Assembly (NCBI GenBank): GCA_039930765.1
Contig: JBDTTF010000185.1
Span: forward strand, 17,441 to 81,440
Direction: 5' to 3'
From: Gemmatimonadota bacterium
Lineage (GTDB): Bacteria; Gemmatimonadota; Gemmatimonadetes; Gemmatimonadales; GWC2-71-9
Length of the DNA stretch: 64,000 nucleotides
Numbering within the stretch: the first letter of the stretch is position 1; each line of letters opens with the position of its first letter. Under the pieces are notes generated by a model that did not search any database, was not told the origin of the DNA, and saw nothing but the letters and a program-made list of their open reading frames with translations. This document shows positions 27,649-38,077 of this stretch, one piece after another. The translations under genes and the position numbers were made by a program.

Positions 27649-29199
27649 ATGCTCGCCCGCATTCACTCCGCCGCTGTACTAGGGGTCGACGCCTACATCG
27701 TTGTCGTCGAGACCGATCTCTCCAACGGACTGCCGTCGTTTGCCACGGTCGGCCTGCCTCAGGGTGCGGTCAAGGAGGGGCGCGAGCGGGTCGGCGCCGC
27801 CCTGGTCAACGCCGGCTTCTCGTATCCGCCACGACGGATCACGGTCAACCTGGCCCCGGCCGACGTCCGCAAACAGGGATCGGCCTTCGATCTGCCGATC
27901 GCGATCGGCATCCTCGTGGCCAGCGAGCAGGTCCCGGCTGATGTGGTCGAAGGACAACTGTTCCTCGGCGAGCTGGGCTTGCAGGGGGATCTCCGTCCGG
28001 TCCGTGGCGCCCTTTCGATTGCCGTCGCGGCTCGGGCGGCAGGGTTTCGCGGCGTGCTGCTGCCGTCGGCCAATGTCAGCGAAGCGGCGGTGGTGGAGGG
28101 CCTCGAAGTGCGAGGGGCTGATACGCTGGATGGACTGGTCGCTCACCTGACCGGCGCACACACCATAGATCCCACGGTGATTGACCTGGCGGCGCTGATG
28201 GCCCAGCGCACCGAGGAACTGGCAGACTTTGCCGATGTCCGGGGCCAGGCGGCGGCCAAGCGGGCCCTGGAGATTTCCGCGGCCGGCGGACACAACGTGC
28301 TCCTGCTCGGACCACCGGGCGCCGGCAAGACCATGCTGGCGCGCCGGCTGCCGACGATTCTCCCTGCGCTGACCCTCGAAGAGGCGCTGGAGACCACCAA
28401 GATCCAGAGTGTCGCGGGACTCTTGCCGGCCGGACGGGCGCTGTCCACCATTCGCCCATTCCGCGCCCCCCACCACACCATCAGCGATGCTGGATTGATC
28501 GGCGGCGGCTCCTGGCCTCGTCCGGGGGAGGTGAGTCTCGCGCACGGCGGGGTGCTGTTTCTGGATGAACTCCCGGAGTTCCGTCGCAATGTGCTCGAAG
28601 TCCTGCGCCAGCCATTGGAAGACGGGCATGTCACGTTGTCACGCGCCTCGACCAGCCTGACCTTTCCCGCCCGCTTCATCCTGGTCGGCGCGATGAATCC
28701 CTGTCCCTGCGGCTATGCCGGGGATCCGGTCCGCGGCTGTCGCTGCTCTCCCGAATCGATCGAGCGGTATCTCAGCCGGATCTCGGGGCCGCTGCTCGAC
28801 CGGATCGATATCCAGCTCGCGGTACCGACGGTGGCGTATCGTGATCTGTCCACCGGGCCGCCCGAGGAAACCAGCGCCATGGTGCGCCAGCGGGTCGACG
28901 TCGCCCGCGCCCGGCAGCAACGGCGGTTCGCCGCCCATCCCGGACTCTTTGCCAATGCCCAGATTCCGGTCCGGGAGCTCCGCCACTTCTGCGCCCTCGA
29001 TGCCGTCGGAGATGGCCTGCTGACCGCAGCAAGTACGAGGCTCGGACTCTCGGCCCGTGCCTGCCACCGGGTAGTCAAGATCGGCCGGACCATCGCCGAC
29101 ATCGAGGGAGCAGAGCAGATCGCGCCGGCGCATATCAGGGAAGCCATCCAGTACCGGGCACTGGACCGCGGGCGCCTGGGCGCCAGGGTCAGCGCCTGA
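27649..29199 (+). CDS. comM: YifB/ComM family Mg-chelatase-like AAA+ ATPase
   Basis: VGLP..AVKE..ERV, NLAPAD..K.GS.FDLPIA, GPPGAGKT, FRAPHH, PGEVSLAH.GVLFLDE, MNPCPCG. Confidence 0.94.
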   Translation: MLARIHSAAVLGVDAYIVVVETDLSNGLPSFATVGLPQGAVKEGRERVGAALVNAGFSYPPRRITVNLAPADVRKQGSAFDLPIAIGILVASEQVPADVVEGQLFLGELGLQGDLRPVRGALSIAVAARAAGFRGVLLPSANVSEAAVVEGLEVRGADTLDGLVAHLTGAHTIDPTVIDLAALMAQRTEELADFADVRGQAAAKRALEISAAGGHNVLLLGPPGAGKTMLARRLPTILPALTLEEALETTKIQSVAGLLPAGRALSTIRPFRAPHHTISDAGLIGGGSWPRPGEVSLAHGGVLFLDELPEFRRNVLEVLRQPLEDGHVTLSRASTSLTFPARFILVGAMNPCPCGYAGDPVRGCRCSPESIERYLSRISGPLLDRIDIQLAVPTVAYRDLSTGPPEETSAMVRQRVDVARARQQRRFAAHPGLFANAQIPVRELRHFCALDAVGDGLLTAASTRLGLSARACHRVVKIGRTIADIEGAEQIAPAHIREAIQYRALDRGRLGARVSA

Positions 29200-29246
29200 A
29201 AAAACCGGCGAATCATCGCCGGCCCAGCCCTGCAGACCTGCTTCAC

Positions 29247-29708
29247 TCAGCGGGGCCAGCCCGGCGGAATTTCGTGGAACAGCAGAATGATCGGCGCCAT
29301 GAGATCGGCCGCAAAGATCAGCGATTCAAGCGGCATGGTCCGGCCAGCCTCGTCATTGTCCTGGCCCAGCCGCATGGTCAGCGCCAGACGCAGCACCGGC
29401 TGGTCGAGCATCGGTGTGGGAATCAGCCTGGCGGTGGCAGCGGAAGGACCCTCTCCCAGGGCGGCCCGGGCCAGGCCTGACAGCCAGACCGGCACATCCA
29501 TCAAGCTTCGCAACAGCCGGTAGGTCAGGGTCAGCGATTCACCACCCATCGTGGCCACCCCGAACACCGGCGCATCGAACCGGCCGGTGCGGGGAAAAAT
29601 GGCCACGCCGTAGGTGAAGTTGCCACCGCGCCCCACTGCGGTATGCAGCGAATCGCGCAGCAGCTCGTAGGCGGTATCCAGGGCGGGCGGATGTGCGTCG
29701 GCAGACAT
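29247..29708 (-). CDS. Hypothetical protein
   Basis: Open frame from ATG 29708 with GAG SD, filling the gap between comM and the kinase; no motif recognised. Confidence 0.6.
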   Translation of the reverse strand: MSADAHPPALDTAYELLRDSLHTAVGRGGNFTYGVAIFPRTGRFDAPVFGVATMGGESLTLTYRLLRSLMDVPVWLSGLARAALGEGPSAATARLIPTPMLDQPVLRLALTMRLGQDNDEAGRTMPLESLIFAADLMAPIILLFHEIPPGWPR

Positions 29709-29883
29709 GGCAACTCGCGGGGTTGGCTCGACCTCAGATAGAGCAGGACCCAGGCCGCGGCCGCGCCGGTCAGAAGTGTGGCAAAGGAGGGCTGAGTGCC
29801 CCGAAGAAAAGGCCCCAGTGTGCGCTGGCGCACAGTGACGTTGTGGTGGCGCGACGCCCACGCGCCACAGCTCCACAGCCGCC

Positions 29884-32800
29884 CTACCAGATGATCCGGA
29901 TCGTGGTTCCCTCCCCCACGACGCTGGTCACCTCCACTCGCGCCTGCCAGCTCTGCACCAGCCGCTGCACGATTGCCAGGCCCAACCCGGCTCCACTGGT
30001 CGTGGTCGAAAACCGGGGTTCGAAGATCCTTGGCAGCAGCGCCTCCGCGATGCCGCGGCCATCGTCGCGCACGGTCACCGTCCGGTCTCCGACTTCGATC
30101 CGGACGGCCTGGGCCCCCGCCTCCCGGGCATTCTCAATCAGATTGACGATGACCTCCTTCACCTCATCCCGCCGGGCCGCCACCCAGCTGGCCCGGCCGC
30201 CCACGACCACGACCTCGGCACCGCCTCCCATCGTATACAGGGAGACGGTTTCCCGAATGGCCTGGCCCAGTTCCAGGCGCTCGAGTGGCAGCACGTCCGG
30301 GGCCGGGGCGGCGAAGCGGCTGAAGGCCCGGGCGATGGTATCCAGCCGGTCGATCTCACCCAGGATCCGGTCCGACGTTTCGGCCAGGGTGGCCGCAAAG
30401 CCCGGGTCGTCCTGACGGTAGATCCGGCGGAGATGCTGTACCCCGAGACGGATCGGGGTCAGCGGATTTTTCACTTCGTGGGCCACCTGTCGTGCTACTT
30501 CACCCCAGGCCAGCACTCGCTCGGCCCGTGCGACGTCAGTCACGTCGTCGAACGCCAGCACCACGCCGCCGGTCGAGGGACCCAGCGAGGAGAGCTGGCA
30601 GGTGGCACGCCGCCCGCCGATTTCAAGTTCGACCCGGCCGCTCTCAGTGCGCTCGCTCTCGCTGAATTTCCGGGCCGCGTCGATCAGCGGCTGCCACCCC
30701 GACCCTTCCGCGACCCGGAACCGCTGACCGACCATGGGTGACTCGCCCAGCAATTCGGCCGCCCGAGGGTTGGCCATCAAGACCTTACCGTCGGCATCGA
30801 GCGCCACGACCCCGGTGGCCACGTGGGCCAGCACCGCCGCCGTGCGGCGTCGAGCCTCATCGAGCTGCAGTTCGCTGGTTCGGACGTCTGCGCTCATCCG
30901 CTCGATGGCGCCGAACACCGGCTCGAACTCGAGTGGCGGCAGCGAGGTGGACAATGGCAGCCGCTCGCCGTGGCCGATCGCGGAGGCAATGCGGCCCAGC
31001 TCTTCGACCGGACGCGCCAGCGCTCGCGAGGCAACCTGAGCCCCCACGATCGCGGCGCCGAGGCCGAGCAGGGTACCGAGCAGCAGCACGAGGGCAATGT
31101 CGCGCTGGCTCTCGCGCAGGTGCACTTCGGCCGGCCGCTTGAGCGTGGCCAGCAGTCCGATGCCGCCTGGCGGCCCGGCCAGCACCACTCGATAGCCGGC
31201 CACCAGGGTTGGAGCATTGGCCGGCGTTCCCCGGGTGACTTCGATTCCATCATGCAGTGCGAGGGCGGTGAACGGATCGGGATCAACCAGCGGACGGATG
31301 AAGCCGAGATCGGCCAGCACCGGATCACTGACCGCCAGCATCCGCCCGCCGCTGTAGAGCGCGAGGGTGGCATCCAGCCGTTCACTCAGGTCCTTGAGAC
31401 TGCCTTCGATCTCGCTGGCCGGCGCCTCCATCAGGCGGGCCGCCGGCCCCATCGCGTCCCGCAGCGACTGCAGTACCAGCAGGTCTCCCGCTCGCCGGTA
31501 CTCCGCCCCCAAACGGGACATGCCCCAGATCGAGAAGCCGACGGCGGGAATGAGAAAGAACAGCGCCAGCGCGAACGCGGTACGGAACTGGAACGAACGA
31601 CCCAGCCGGCGCCAGTTGGCCAGGGACGGCGCGCCGACCGAGCCCCATTCAGCCATCAGCCAGACCAGGCCAAGTGCCAGCACATCGAGCAACACCACCA
31701 GCGCCCCACGGACCGACAGCGCGAACGGATCACGCATGTCGACCACGGCGTAAACGTGCCGGGCTCCGCCGGGAAGGGAGATTCGCCGCTCGCTTCGGAC
31801 CGACCAGCCGTCTCGCCGCCAGCGTAACTGCAGACTGTCCGCCGGCACCCCGGGGGTGGGTGGAGACAGCGAGAGTTCGTACAGCGCGGCCGACTCAGTT
31901 GGGGTGCGCAGCAGCGCCCCGAGCCGGGTCGGCCCGATCAGCCGGGTTCGGGGTCCGATGGCGGCGGTGAGCACCGTGGCACTATCCAGCCGCTGAAGCA
32001 GGACGTAGTGCAGGCCGGGCACTCTCAGCAGTCGCAGCACCTTGGGCGCACTGCCTGGATTGAAATCGCGAACCAGCCCACTCACGATCGGCGCTGGCAG
32101 GTCCAGCGCGTCGAGGCCGAGCTCGGCCTTCAAATCTCCGGCTGGAGACCACAGCGCCAGGCGAACCGGATACGCGGCGTCACCGAGGCCCGATCGCCGG
32201 TACAGCGCATATAGCGAAGTGGGGTCCGTCGGACGCGCGATCACCGCTGCGTCGGCAAAATTCATCAGCAGGGGCGCCGCCAGGGCATCGGCGTTGCCGC
32301 CGAGCTGGGATACGTCGCGTTCGGCCACCTGCAGCCGCGCCCGGAGCTCCGCACCCCACGTGACCAGCGCCGCCGCACTGCCGGCCACCAGCGCTATTCC
32401 CGCGATGGCCACTCGGCGACGGGTCGGGAGTGTGACGAGGATCAGCGCCGGGGTCCACAGGAACGGGTACCAGATCGGCCAGCCCGGCCTCGGGGACCAC
32501 GTCACCGTGCCGACGGCGGCGGCCCCGATGGCGATCACGACGCCAAGGCCAGTGATCCAGCGCGGCACCTCTCGGCTGTTGGCGCCGCGCAGCAATGCCG
32601 CCGCCAGTACGATCATCGCTGACGAGCCCATCACCAGCGCGAGTTGCCAGATCAGCCAGAGCCGAGTCGTTACCCCAGTCGAAGGGGGAGTGATTCCCCG
32701 CCCCAGTTCGCTGATCAGGTAGGGAGCGCCGATCAGCAGGACGGCCGCAAGGGCGATGGTGAACAGATTGCGCGGCAGCCGGCGTCGCCAGAGTCCGATA

Positions 32801-33864
32801 CCGACCACCGTCGCCGCGACCCCGGTGAGCAGCAGCGCCCCGGCCGAACTACTGAGCGGGCCCAGGACCGTCTGGAAGAAGGTCGCCGGTGAGAAGATCA
32901 GTCCGAGCCCCATTGCGTCAGCCACCGGGGCGCGGATTCCCAGCCACAGTGCGCCCAGCAGGACGGCCACACGGGCAAACGGAGACCCGGCGGCGATCAA
33001 CCCGAGCAATAGTCCGGCGACCACCAGCCAGCCGACGGTGGCCCGGGCCTGCCTGAGCGCGCTCTGCATCGCGGCGCCCTGATCCGGCGGTTCGGGGCAG
33101 ACCGTGAACAGGCGGCGAGCGCCGCCAGTGGTTGGCTGCTCGTAGTCGAACGGGTCGGAGCAGACCGGTCCGGGCTGCTGAGTCGAGAAATGCAGCCGAA
33201 CGCCGGTGGCCAGCTCGAATCGGTTGGCCAGGGAGCGGTTGAAGCCGCGTACGATCGGGTCGGCCCACAGCAGCACGGTGCCGATTGCGGTGCGGCCCTC
33301 ACGCATGCTGCGCTGGGTCTCGAGAATCAGGTCGTAGTGCGACCCGGTGACCAGCAGTGAATCGTCCGACAGGACCGGATATTCCTGCTGCCGGCCGGCC
33401 CAGGCCCACGGCGTTCCAGTGGTTTCGAGAATCGAGGTGCCGGCCGCAGGACCGGCAACGGGAACCGCTTGTCGCAATTGGTCAAAGGCCTGAGCCCGCT
33501 CCCCGGCCCCGGCCGCAGCCGCGACCTGCGCCAGTCGGTCGGCCAGACTCAGAGCCTCGCGGAGATCGGACGAAAGCCGGGCGGCGGCATGCCGAAGGAT
33601 CGATTCGCGCACCGCGGGCCAGTCGGTCTCGACCCGGTGGACCCGATACTGGAACCAGCCCAGCGCCAGAGGCACGACCACCAGCCAGACCGCAACCGGC
33701 GCGACCGACCGGGGCCTGTCGACCCCCCGAAACAGGGCCAGGATGGCCAATGCGGTCAGTACCGCCGCAATAGCCACCAGCGGAACAGTGGGATGGCGGA
33801 GCCATTCAGCGGCCGCGACACTGAGGACCAGGGCGGACAGGGCTATCCGGTGGCGGGAGGTCAC
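29884..33864 (-). CDS. Large multi-TM sensor histidine kinase (HAMP-PAS-HisKA-HATPase, NtrY-like)
   Basis: AWGEVARQVAHEVKNPLTPI H-box, NLIENA, DDGRG, F.P.FST...GAGLGL; very large N-terminal membrane region. Confidence 0.92.
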   Translation of the reverse strand: MTSRHRIALSALVLSVAAAEWLRHPTVPLVAIAAVLTALAILALFRGVDRPRSVAPVAVWLVVVPLALGWFQYRVHRVETDWPAVRESILRHAAARLSSDLREALSLADRLAQVAAAAGAGERAQAFDQLRQAVPVAGPAAGTSILETTGTPWAWAGRQQEYPVLSDDSLLVTGSHYDLILETQRSMREGRTAIGTVLLWADPIVRGFNRSLANRFELATGVRLHFSTQQPGPVCSDPFDYEQPTTGGARRLFTVCPEPPDQGAAMQSALRQARATVGWLVVAGLLLGLIAAGSPFARVAVLLGALWLGIRAPVADAMGLGLIFSPATFFQTVLGPLSSSAGALLLTGVAATVVGIGLWRRRLPRNLFTIALAAVLLIGAPYLISELGRGITPPSTGVTTRLWLIWQLALVMGSSAMIVLAAALLRGANSREVPRWITGLGVVIAIGAAAVGTVTWSPRPGWPIWYPFLWTPALILVTLPTRRRVAIAGIALVAGSAAALVTWGAELRARLQVAERDVSQLGGNADALAAPLLMNFADAAVIARPTDPTSLYALYRRSGLGDAAYPVRLALWSPAGDLKAELGLDALDLPAPIVSGLVRDFNPGSAPKVLRLLRVPGLHYVLLQRLDSATVLTAAIGPRTRLIGPTRLGALLRTPTESAALYELSLSPPTPGVPADSLQLRWRRDGWSVRSERRISLPGGARHVYAVVDMRDPFALSVRGALVVLLDVLALGLVWLMAEWGSVGAPSLANWRRLGRSFQFRTAFALALFFLIPAVGFSIWGMSRLGAEYRRAGDLLVLQSLRDAMGPAARLMEAPASEIEGSLKDLSERLDATLALYSGGRMLAVSDPVLADLGFIRPLVDPDPFTALALHDGIEVTRGTPANAPTLVAGYRVVLAGPPGGIGLLATLKRPAEVHLRESQRDIALVLLLGTLLGLGAAIVGAQVASRALARPVEELGRIASAIGHGERLPLSTSLPPLEFEPVFGAIERMSADVRTSELQLDEARRRTAAVLAHVATGVVALDADGKVLMANPRAAELLGESPMVGQRFRVAEGSGWQPLIDAARKFSESERTESGRVELEIGGRRATCQLSSLGPSTGGVVLAFDDVTDVARAERVLAWGEVARQVAHEVKNPLTPIRLGVQHLRRIYRQDDPGFAATLAETSDRILGEIDRLDTIARAFSRFAAPAPDVLPLERLELGQAIRETVSLYTMGGGAEVVVVGGRASWVAARRDEVKEVIVNLIENAREAGAQAVRIEVGDRTVTVRDDGRGIAEALLPRIFEPRFSTTTSGAGLGLAIVQRLVQSWQARVEVTSVVGEGTTIRIIW

Positions 33865-33902
33865 GGACTCAACTTAGCCGCCAAGGCGGTTAAATTGCGG
33901 GC

Positions 33903-34586
33903 ATGACGAGAATGCACCTCTGGAGCCGGCTGCTCGTTTTTGGCCTGTCGACCTGCCTCGCGACGACCCTCGACGCCCAGGACGGCGATCAGGCCGCCCT
34001 TTCCATTAGAGAGGCCGGCCGGCAGATCGGCCACGAGGACTTCAGCCTCCGCCCCGCCCGCCCCGGCCGCCCAGTCGGCGACAGCCTGATCACCGTGGCG
34101 CGGTACCCCGAAATCCGGCCCCAATCGACCATTACCGGAGTGCTGCAGCAGTCGACGAAAGGAGCGCCGCTTTCGCTCTCGCTGGACTATCAGAGCAGCC
34201 GCCAGGGGGAGACGATCCTGGCCAGCGTCGGCCGCAACCGGGTGACCTTGCGCCGGGTGGCCAAGGGCGCCGAATCGGCTCGTGAGCTGCCGGGTGGTGA
34301 GCTGATCGTATTGCTCGATGACAGCCTGTTCGCGACCTATCTCTCGCTGGCATCGCTGGTGCCCGACGGGCCCAGGAGCGTCACCGCTATCTTCCCCCGC
34401 ACCGCCCGCCGGGTCGCGCTGGCAGTGACCCGGTCGGCCCTTCCGGCTGCCCGGCCCGATGGCTCACGGACCCTCATCGAATTCACCGGCGAGCTTGCTG
34501 GACGGCTCTTCCTCGATCAAAGCGGGCACTTCATCCGGCTCGAACTTCCCGGCCGACAGATCGAAGTCACCCGGCTTCGCAAATAA
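33903..34586 (+). CDS. Hypothetical secreted protein
   Basis: Signal peptide ending LDA-Q; beta-strand-rich; divergent from the kinase. Confidence 0.65.
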   Translation: MTRMHLWSRLLVFGLSTCLATTLDAQDGDQAALSIREAGRQIGHEDFSLRPARPGRPVGDSLITVARYPEIRPQSTITGVLQQSTKGAPLSLSLDYQSSRQGETILASVGRNRVTLRRVAKGAESARELPGGELIVLLDDSLFATYLSLASLVPDGPRSVTAIFPRTARRVALAVTRSALPAARPDGSRTLIEFTGELAGRLFLDQSGHFIRLELPGRQIEVTRLRK

Positions 34587-34711
34587 GTTCGGGCCGGCAG
34601 TCGAGCGTGGATTTTTTCGGCTCTTGCCAGCAGCTGTACCAAGCTGAAACTTCCCGAAACCCCTTCCCGTACCACCCGCTGTCGCATCGCCCAGACTCAC
34701 AAGGAATATCC

Positions 34712-36079
34712 ATGCACCGCTGGACGACCATCGCCCTCATAGCCCTGATCCCTGCCGCGCAACTCTCGGCGCAGACCCCGGCCAATCCCGCGCCCGCACC
34801 GCTTTCCCTGACTCTGGATCAGGCGCTCCAGATCGCGCGCGCCAACAGCCCGGCCTATCAGCAGGTGCTGATCACCGCCGACCCGGCCAGGTGGGGCGTC
34901 CGAAACGCCTACGGCAGCTTGCTGCCGTCCCTCGGCGTTGGCGCCGGCTTCAGCTACACCGGTGCCGGCTCGGCCAACATCGGCAGCGGATTCACCTTCT
35001 CCACGCCGCCCCAGGTGGGATCGAACTACAACGTCGGGTTCCAGTACAACCTGAGTGGCGCCACGCTGCTGGCACCTGGGCAGCAGAAGGCTGGCCTGCG
35101 CGCCACCAACGAGCAGATCAGGGCTGGGGAAACCACGCTGATCTCCGACGTGAGCTCGCAGTATCTGACCGTCAAGCAGAGCGACGCCCAGGTCGATGTC
35201 CAGGTCCAGCAGGTGGCCCGCAACCAGCTGTTCCTGGATCTGGCCAACGCCAAGCTCCGGGTCGGCCAGGGCACGCTGCTCGAAGTCAAGCAGGCCGAGG
35301 TCAGCCTGGGCCAGGCCAAGGTCGAGCTGTTGCGCCGGCAGCAAACGGCCAGCGAGAGCAAGCTCGAATTGTTCCGGCGGATGGGAATCTCGGCGCCGAT
35401 GGCGCTCAACCTCCTGACCCTGCCGGACAGCTTCCCGGTCGTGGCGTTCGGTCCCAGTGCCGACAGCCTGCTCGAGCTCGCCGCGCAGCAGAACCCTGAC
35501 CTTCGGGCGCTGCGGGACCGGCAGAAGGCCGCGCACATCGGGCTCAAGGCGGCCAAGACCGAGTACCTCCCTTCGTTGAACGGCCAGGCCGGCTGGAGCG
35601 GCTACACCCAGAAGTTCACCAACACGACGGGGCTCGATTCGGTGACCATCGCCAACAATCACGACTTTCCGTTCCATTTCACCAGCCAGCCGTTCCAGGC
35701 GTCGGTGGGGCTGTCGCTGTCGATCTTCAACGGCTTCAGCCGGGAGCTCCGGATCTCGCAGGCGCGGCTCCAGGAAAAGGACCTTGACCAGCAGGTGCGG
35801 GCCCGCGCGCTGTTGCTCGAGTCGGATGTCCGGAGCCGGTATCTCCGGATCGAGACCGCCTATCAAGCGATCCCGGTCCAGGCCTCCAACGTGGTGGCCT
35901 CCCGCGAGCAGCTCAAGCTGGCCCAGGACCGCTATCGCCTCGGCAGCGGCAATGCGCTCGAGATTGCCGACGCCCAGAACGGGGTCCAGCTGGCCGAGGG
36001 AGACTACATCAATGCGGTGTACGCGTACCAACAGGCTATCGTCGCGCTCGAGGCGTCGGTCGGCCACTCGCTTCGCTAA
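34712..36079 (+). CDS. TolC-family outer membrane efflux protein
   Basis: Signal peptide, LTLDQALQIA..NSP, two OEP repeats (LLPSL, YLPSL), RYRLG.G..LE..DAQ. Confidence 0.9.
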   Translation: MHRWTTIALIALIPAAQLSAQTPANPAPAPLSLTLDQALQIARANSPAYQQVLITADPARWGVRNAYGSLLPSLGVGAGFSYTGAGSANIGSGFTFSTPPQVGSNYNVGFQYNLSGATLLAPGQQKAGLRATNEQIRAGETTLISDVSSQYLTVKQSDAQVDVQVQQVARNQLFLDLANAKLRVGQGTLLEVKQAEVSLGQAKVELLRRQQTASESKLELFRRMGISAPMALNLLTLPDSFPVVAFGPSADSLLELAAQQNPDLRALRDRQKAAHIGLKAAKTEYLPSLNGQAGWSGYTQKFTNTTGLDSVTIANNHDFPFHFTSQPFQASVGLSLSIFNGFSRELRISQARLQEKDLDQQVRARALLLESDVRSRYLRIETAYQAIPVQASNVVASREQLKLAQDRYRLGSGNALEIADAQNGVQLAEGDYINAVYAYQQAIVALEASVGHSLR

Positions 36080-36094
36080 CTCAGAGGATTACGC

Positions 36095-37381
36095 ATGTCA
36101 CGTCGAATGAAGCTGGGTCTCGCCTTCGGGATTCTCGTGGTCCTGATCGGCGCCGTGGTCGCCCTCTCCGCTGCCAAGAAGAACGGCAAGGCCGTCGAGG
36201 TCCGGATGGACCAGGTCGGCTCCCGGGACCTGGTCTCGGCGGTGACGGCCAGCGGCAAGATCCGACCCAAGACCTCGGTCGATGTCAGCCCCGACATCCA
36301 GGGCCGGATTACCAGGATCGGCGTGAAGGAAGGCGACCTGGTCCGAAAGGGTCAGTTCCTGCTGCAGATCGATCCGGCGCAATATGAAGCGGCGCTGGCC
36401 CGGGCCAAGGCGCTCATGGCGTCCTCCCAGGGCGACCTGATTCGCGCCAAGGCCAATATGGAACAGGCCAAGCGAATTGCAGACCGGAACGTCGAATTGC
36501 AGAAGGCAGGGACCAACCTCGTCTCCCCCGAAACCGTGGAGACCGCCACCACGAATTACGATGTGGCAGTGGCCAACTACAGCTCGTCCAAGGCCTCGAT
36601 CGACCAGGCTCAGGCGGGATTGCGGGATGCCGAGCAGGCGCTGGCCAAGACGACCCTGACCTCGCCGATCGATGGCCGGGTGGTGCGGCTGCCCAAGGAA
36701 GTTGGTGAAGTCGCGGTGCCCGGCACCTTCTCGGCCGATGTCGGCCTGTTGATGACCATCGCCGACCTGTCCGTGATCCTGGCCAAGGTGCAGGTCGATG
36801 AAACCGACGTGGTGCGGCTGCACCTCGGTGATTCGGTGCGGGTCTCGATCGATGCCTTTCCCGATACCGCGTTCGTGGGACGGGTGACCAAGATCAGCAA
36901 CAGCGCCCAGCTGACCTCGACCTCGACCGCCTCGGGTTCCAACGACAAGGCCGTGGACTTCGATGTCGAGGTGACCCTGGCCCATCCGCCGGCCGATGTC
37001 CGGCCCGACCTGTCGGCCACCGCGCGGATCGTGACCGACACCCGGAAGAACGTCCTGAGCATTCCGATTATCGCGCTCACCGTGCGGTCCAACGAAACGG
37101 TCCCCAATGAATCGGTCAAGCAGGACACCACCAAGAAGCCCGGCGACAAGAAGGATGCCGAAGGGGTGTTCGTGGTGAAGGACGGCGTGGCCAACTTCCG
37201 GCCGGTCAAGGTCGGAATTGCGGGTGACGAGTACTTCGAGGTGGTGGAAGGCCTCAAGGCGGGCGAGACGATCGTGAGCGGCAGCTACCAGGCCATCCGC
37301 GACCTGCACGATGGCACCAAGGTCAAGGCGCCCAAGGCCGACAGCGGCCAGGGCAAGAAGATGGAGATGAAGAAGTCATGA
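36095..37381 (+). CDS. MacA-like periplasmic adaptor subunit
   Basis: V.ASGKI.P, GRI..I.VKEGD.V.KGQ, SPIDG.V, VDETDV, EVVEGLK.GE.IV.G. Confidence 0.92.
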   Translation: MSRRMKLGLAFGILVVLIGAVVALSAAKKNGKAVEVRMDQVGSRDLVSAVTASGKIRPKTSVDVSPDIQGRITRIGVKEGDLVRKGQFLLQIDPAQYEAALARAKALMASSQGDLIRAKANMEQAKRIADRNVELQKAGTNLVSPETVETATTNYDVAVANYSSSKASIDQAQAGLRDAEQALAKTTLTSPIDGRVVRLPKEVGEVAVPGTFSADVGLLMTIADLSVILAKVQVDETDVVRLHLGDSVRVSIDAFPDTAFVGRVTKISNSAQLTSTSTASGSNDKAVDFDVEVTLAHPPADVRPDLSATARIVTDTRKNVLSIPIIALTVRSNETVPNESVKQDTTKKPGDKKDAEGVFVVKDGVANFRPVKVGIAGDEYFEVVEGLKAGETIVSGSYQAIRDLHDGTKVKAPKADSGQGKKMEMKKS

Positions 37382-38076
37382 GCGATGCGGTGATCCAGGT
37401 CCGCCACATGACCCGCGAGTACGACATGGGGGGCGAGCTGGTTCACGCCCTCCGCGGGGTGTCGCTGCTGATCCGGCGCAACGAGTATGTGGCCATCATG
37501 GGACCCTCGGGCAGCGGCAAGTCGACGCTGATGAACATGCTGGGCTGCCTGGACACCCCGACGGCCGGCGAGTACTGGCTCAACGGCCAGGAAGTCAGCC
37601 GGATGTCGGACGATGCGCTGGCCCGGGTGCGCAACAAGGAAATCGGGTTTGTGTTCCAGACTTTCAACCTGCTGCCCCGCTCCACCGCGTTGCAGAATGT
37701 CGAGTTGCCGCTGGTGTATGCCGGCGTGACGTCGAAGGACCGGCGCAAGCGGGCCGAAGAGGCGCTGGATCGGGTCGGACTCGGTCATCGGATGGAGCAC
37801 CGCCCCAACGAACTGTCGGGCGGCCAGCGCCAGCGGGTGGCCATCGCGCGAGGCTTGGTCAATCGGCCCTCGATCCTGCTGGCCGACGAACCGACCGGCA
37901 ACCTGGACAGCACCACCAGTGATGAGATCATGGCGGTCTTCGGCGAGCTCAAGCGGCAAGGCCAGACCATCATCCTGGTCACCCATGAGCCGACCATCGC
38001 CGCCTATGCCGAACGCACCGTTGTCCTCAAGGACGGCCGGGTCGATTCGGACACCCTGAGCCAGCAGGCCGCCTGA
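37378..38076 (+). CDS. MacB/LolD-type ABC ATP-binding protein
   Basis: [40 protein letters not shown]; all catalytic motifs intact. Confidence 0.95.
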   Translation: MSDAVIQVRHMTREYDMGGELVHALRGVSLLIRRNEYVAIMGPSGSGKSTLMNMLGCLDTPTAGEYWLNGQEVSRMSDDALARVRNKEIGFVFQTFNLLPRSTALQNVELPLVYAGVTSKDRRKRAEEALDRVGLGHRMEHRPNELSGGQRQRVAIARGLVNRPSILLADEPTGNLDSTTSDEIMAVFGELKRQGQTIILVTHEPTIAAYAERTVVLKDGRVDSDTLSQQAA

Positions 38077-38077
38077 G

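Noticed and set aside
27649-29199. comM as an occupied integration hotspot
   Set aside because: The gene is intact and there is no integrase or att-like duplication nearby.
34697-36067. Long antisense ORFs (also 2122-3135, 36098-37309, 50615-52312, 54598-55857)
   Set aside because: Shadow frames of high-GC coding genes; no motifs, and they lie opposite well-supported genes.
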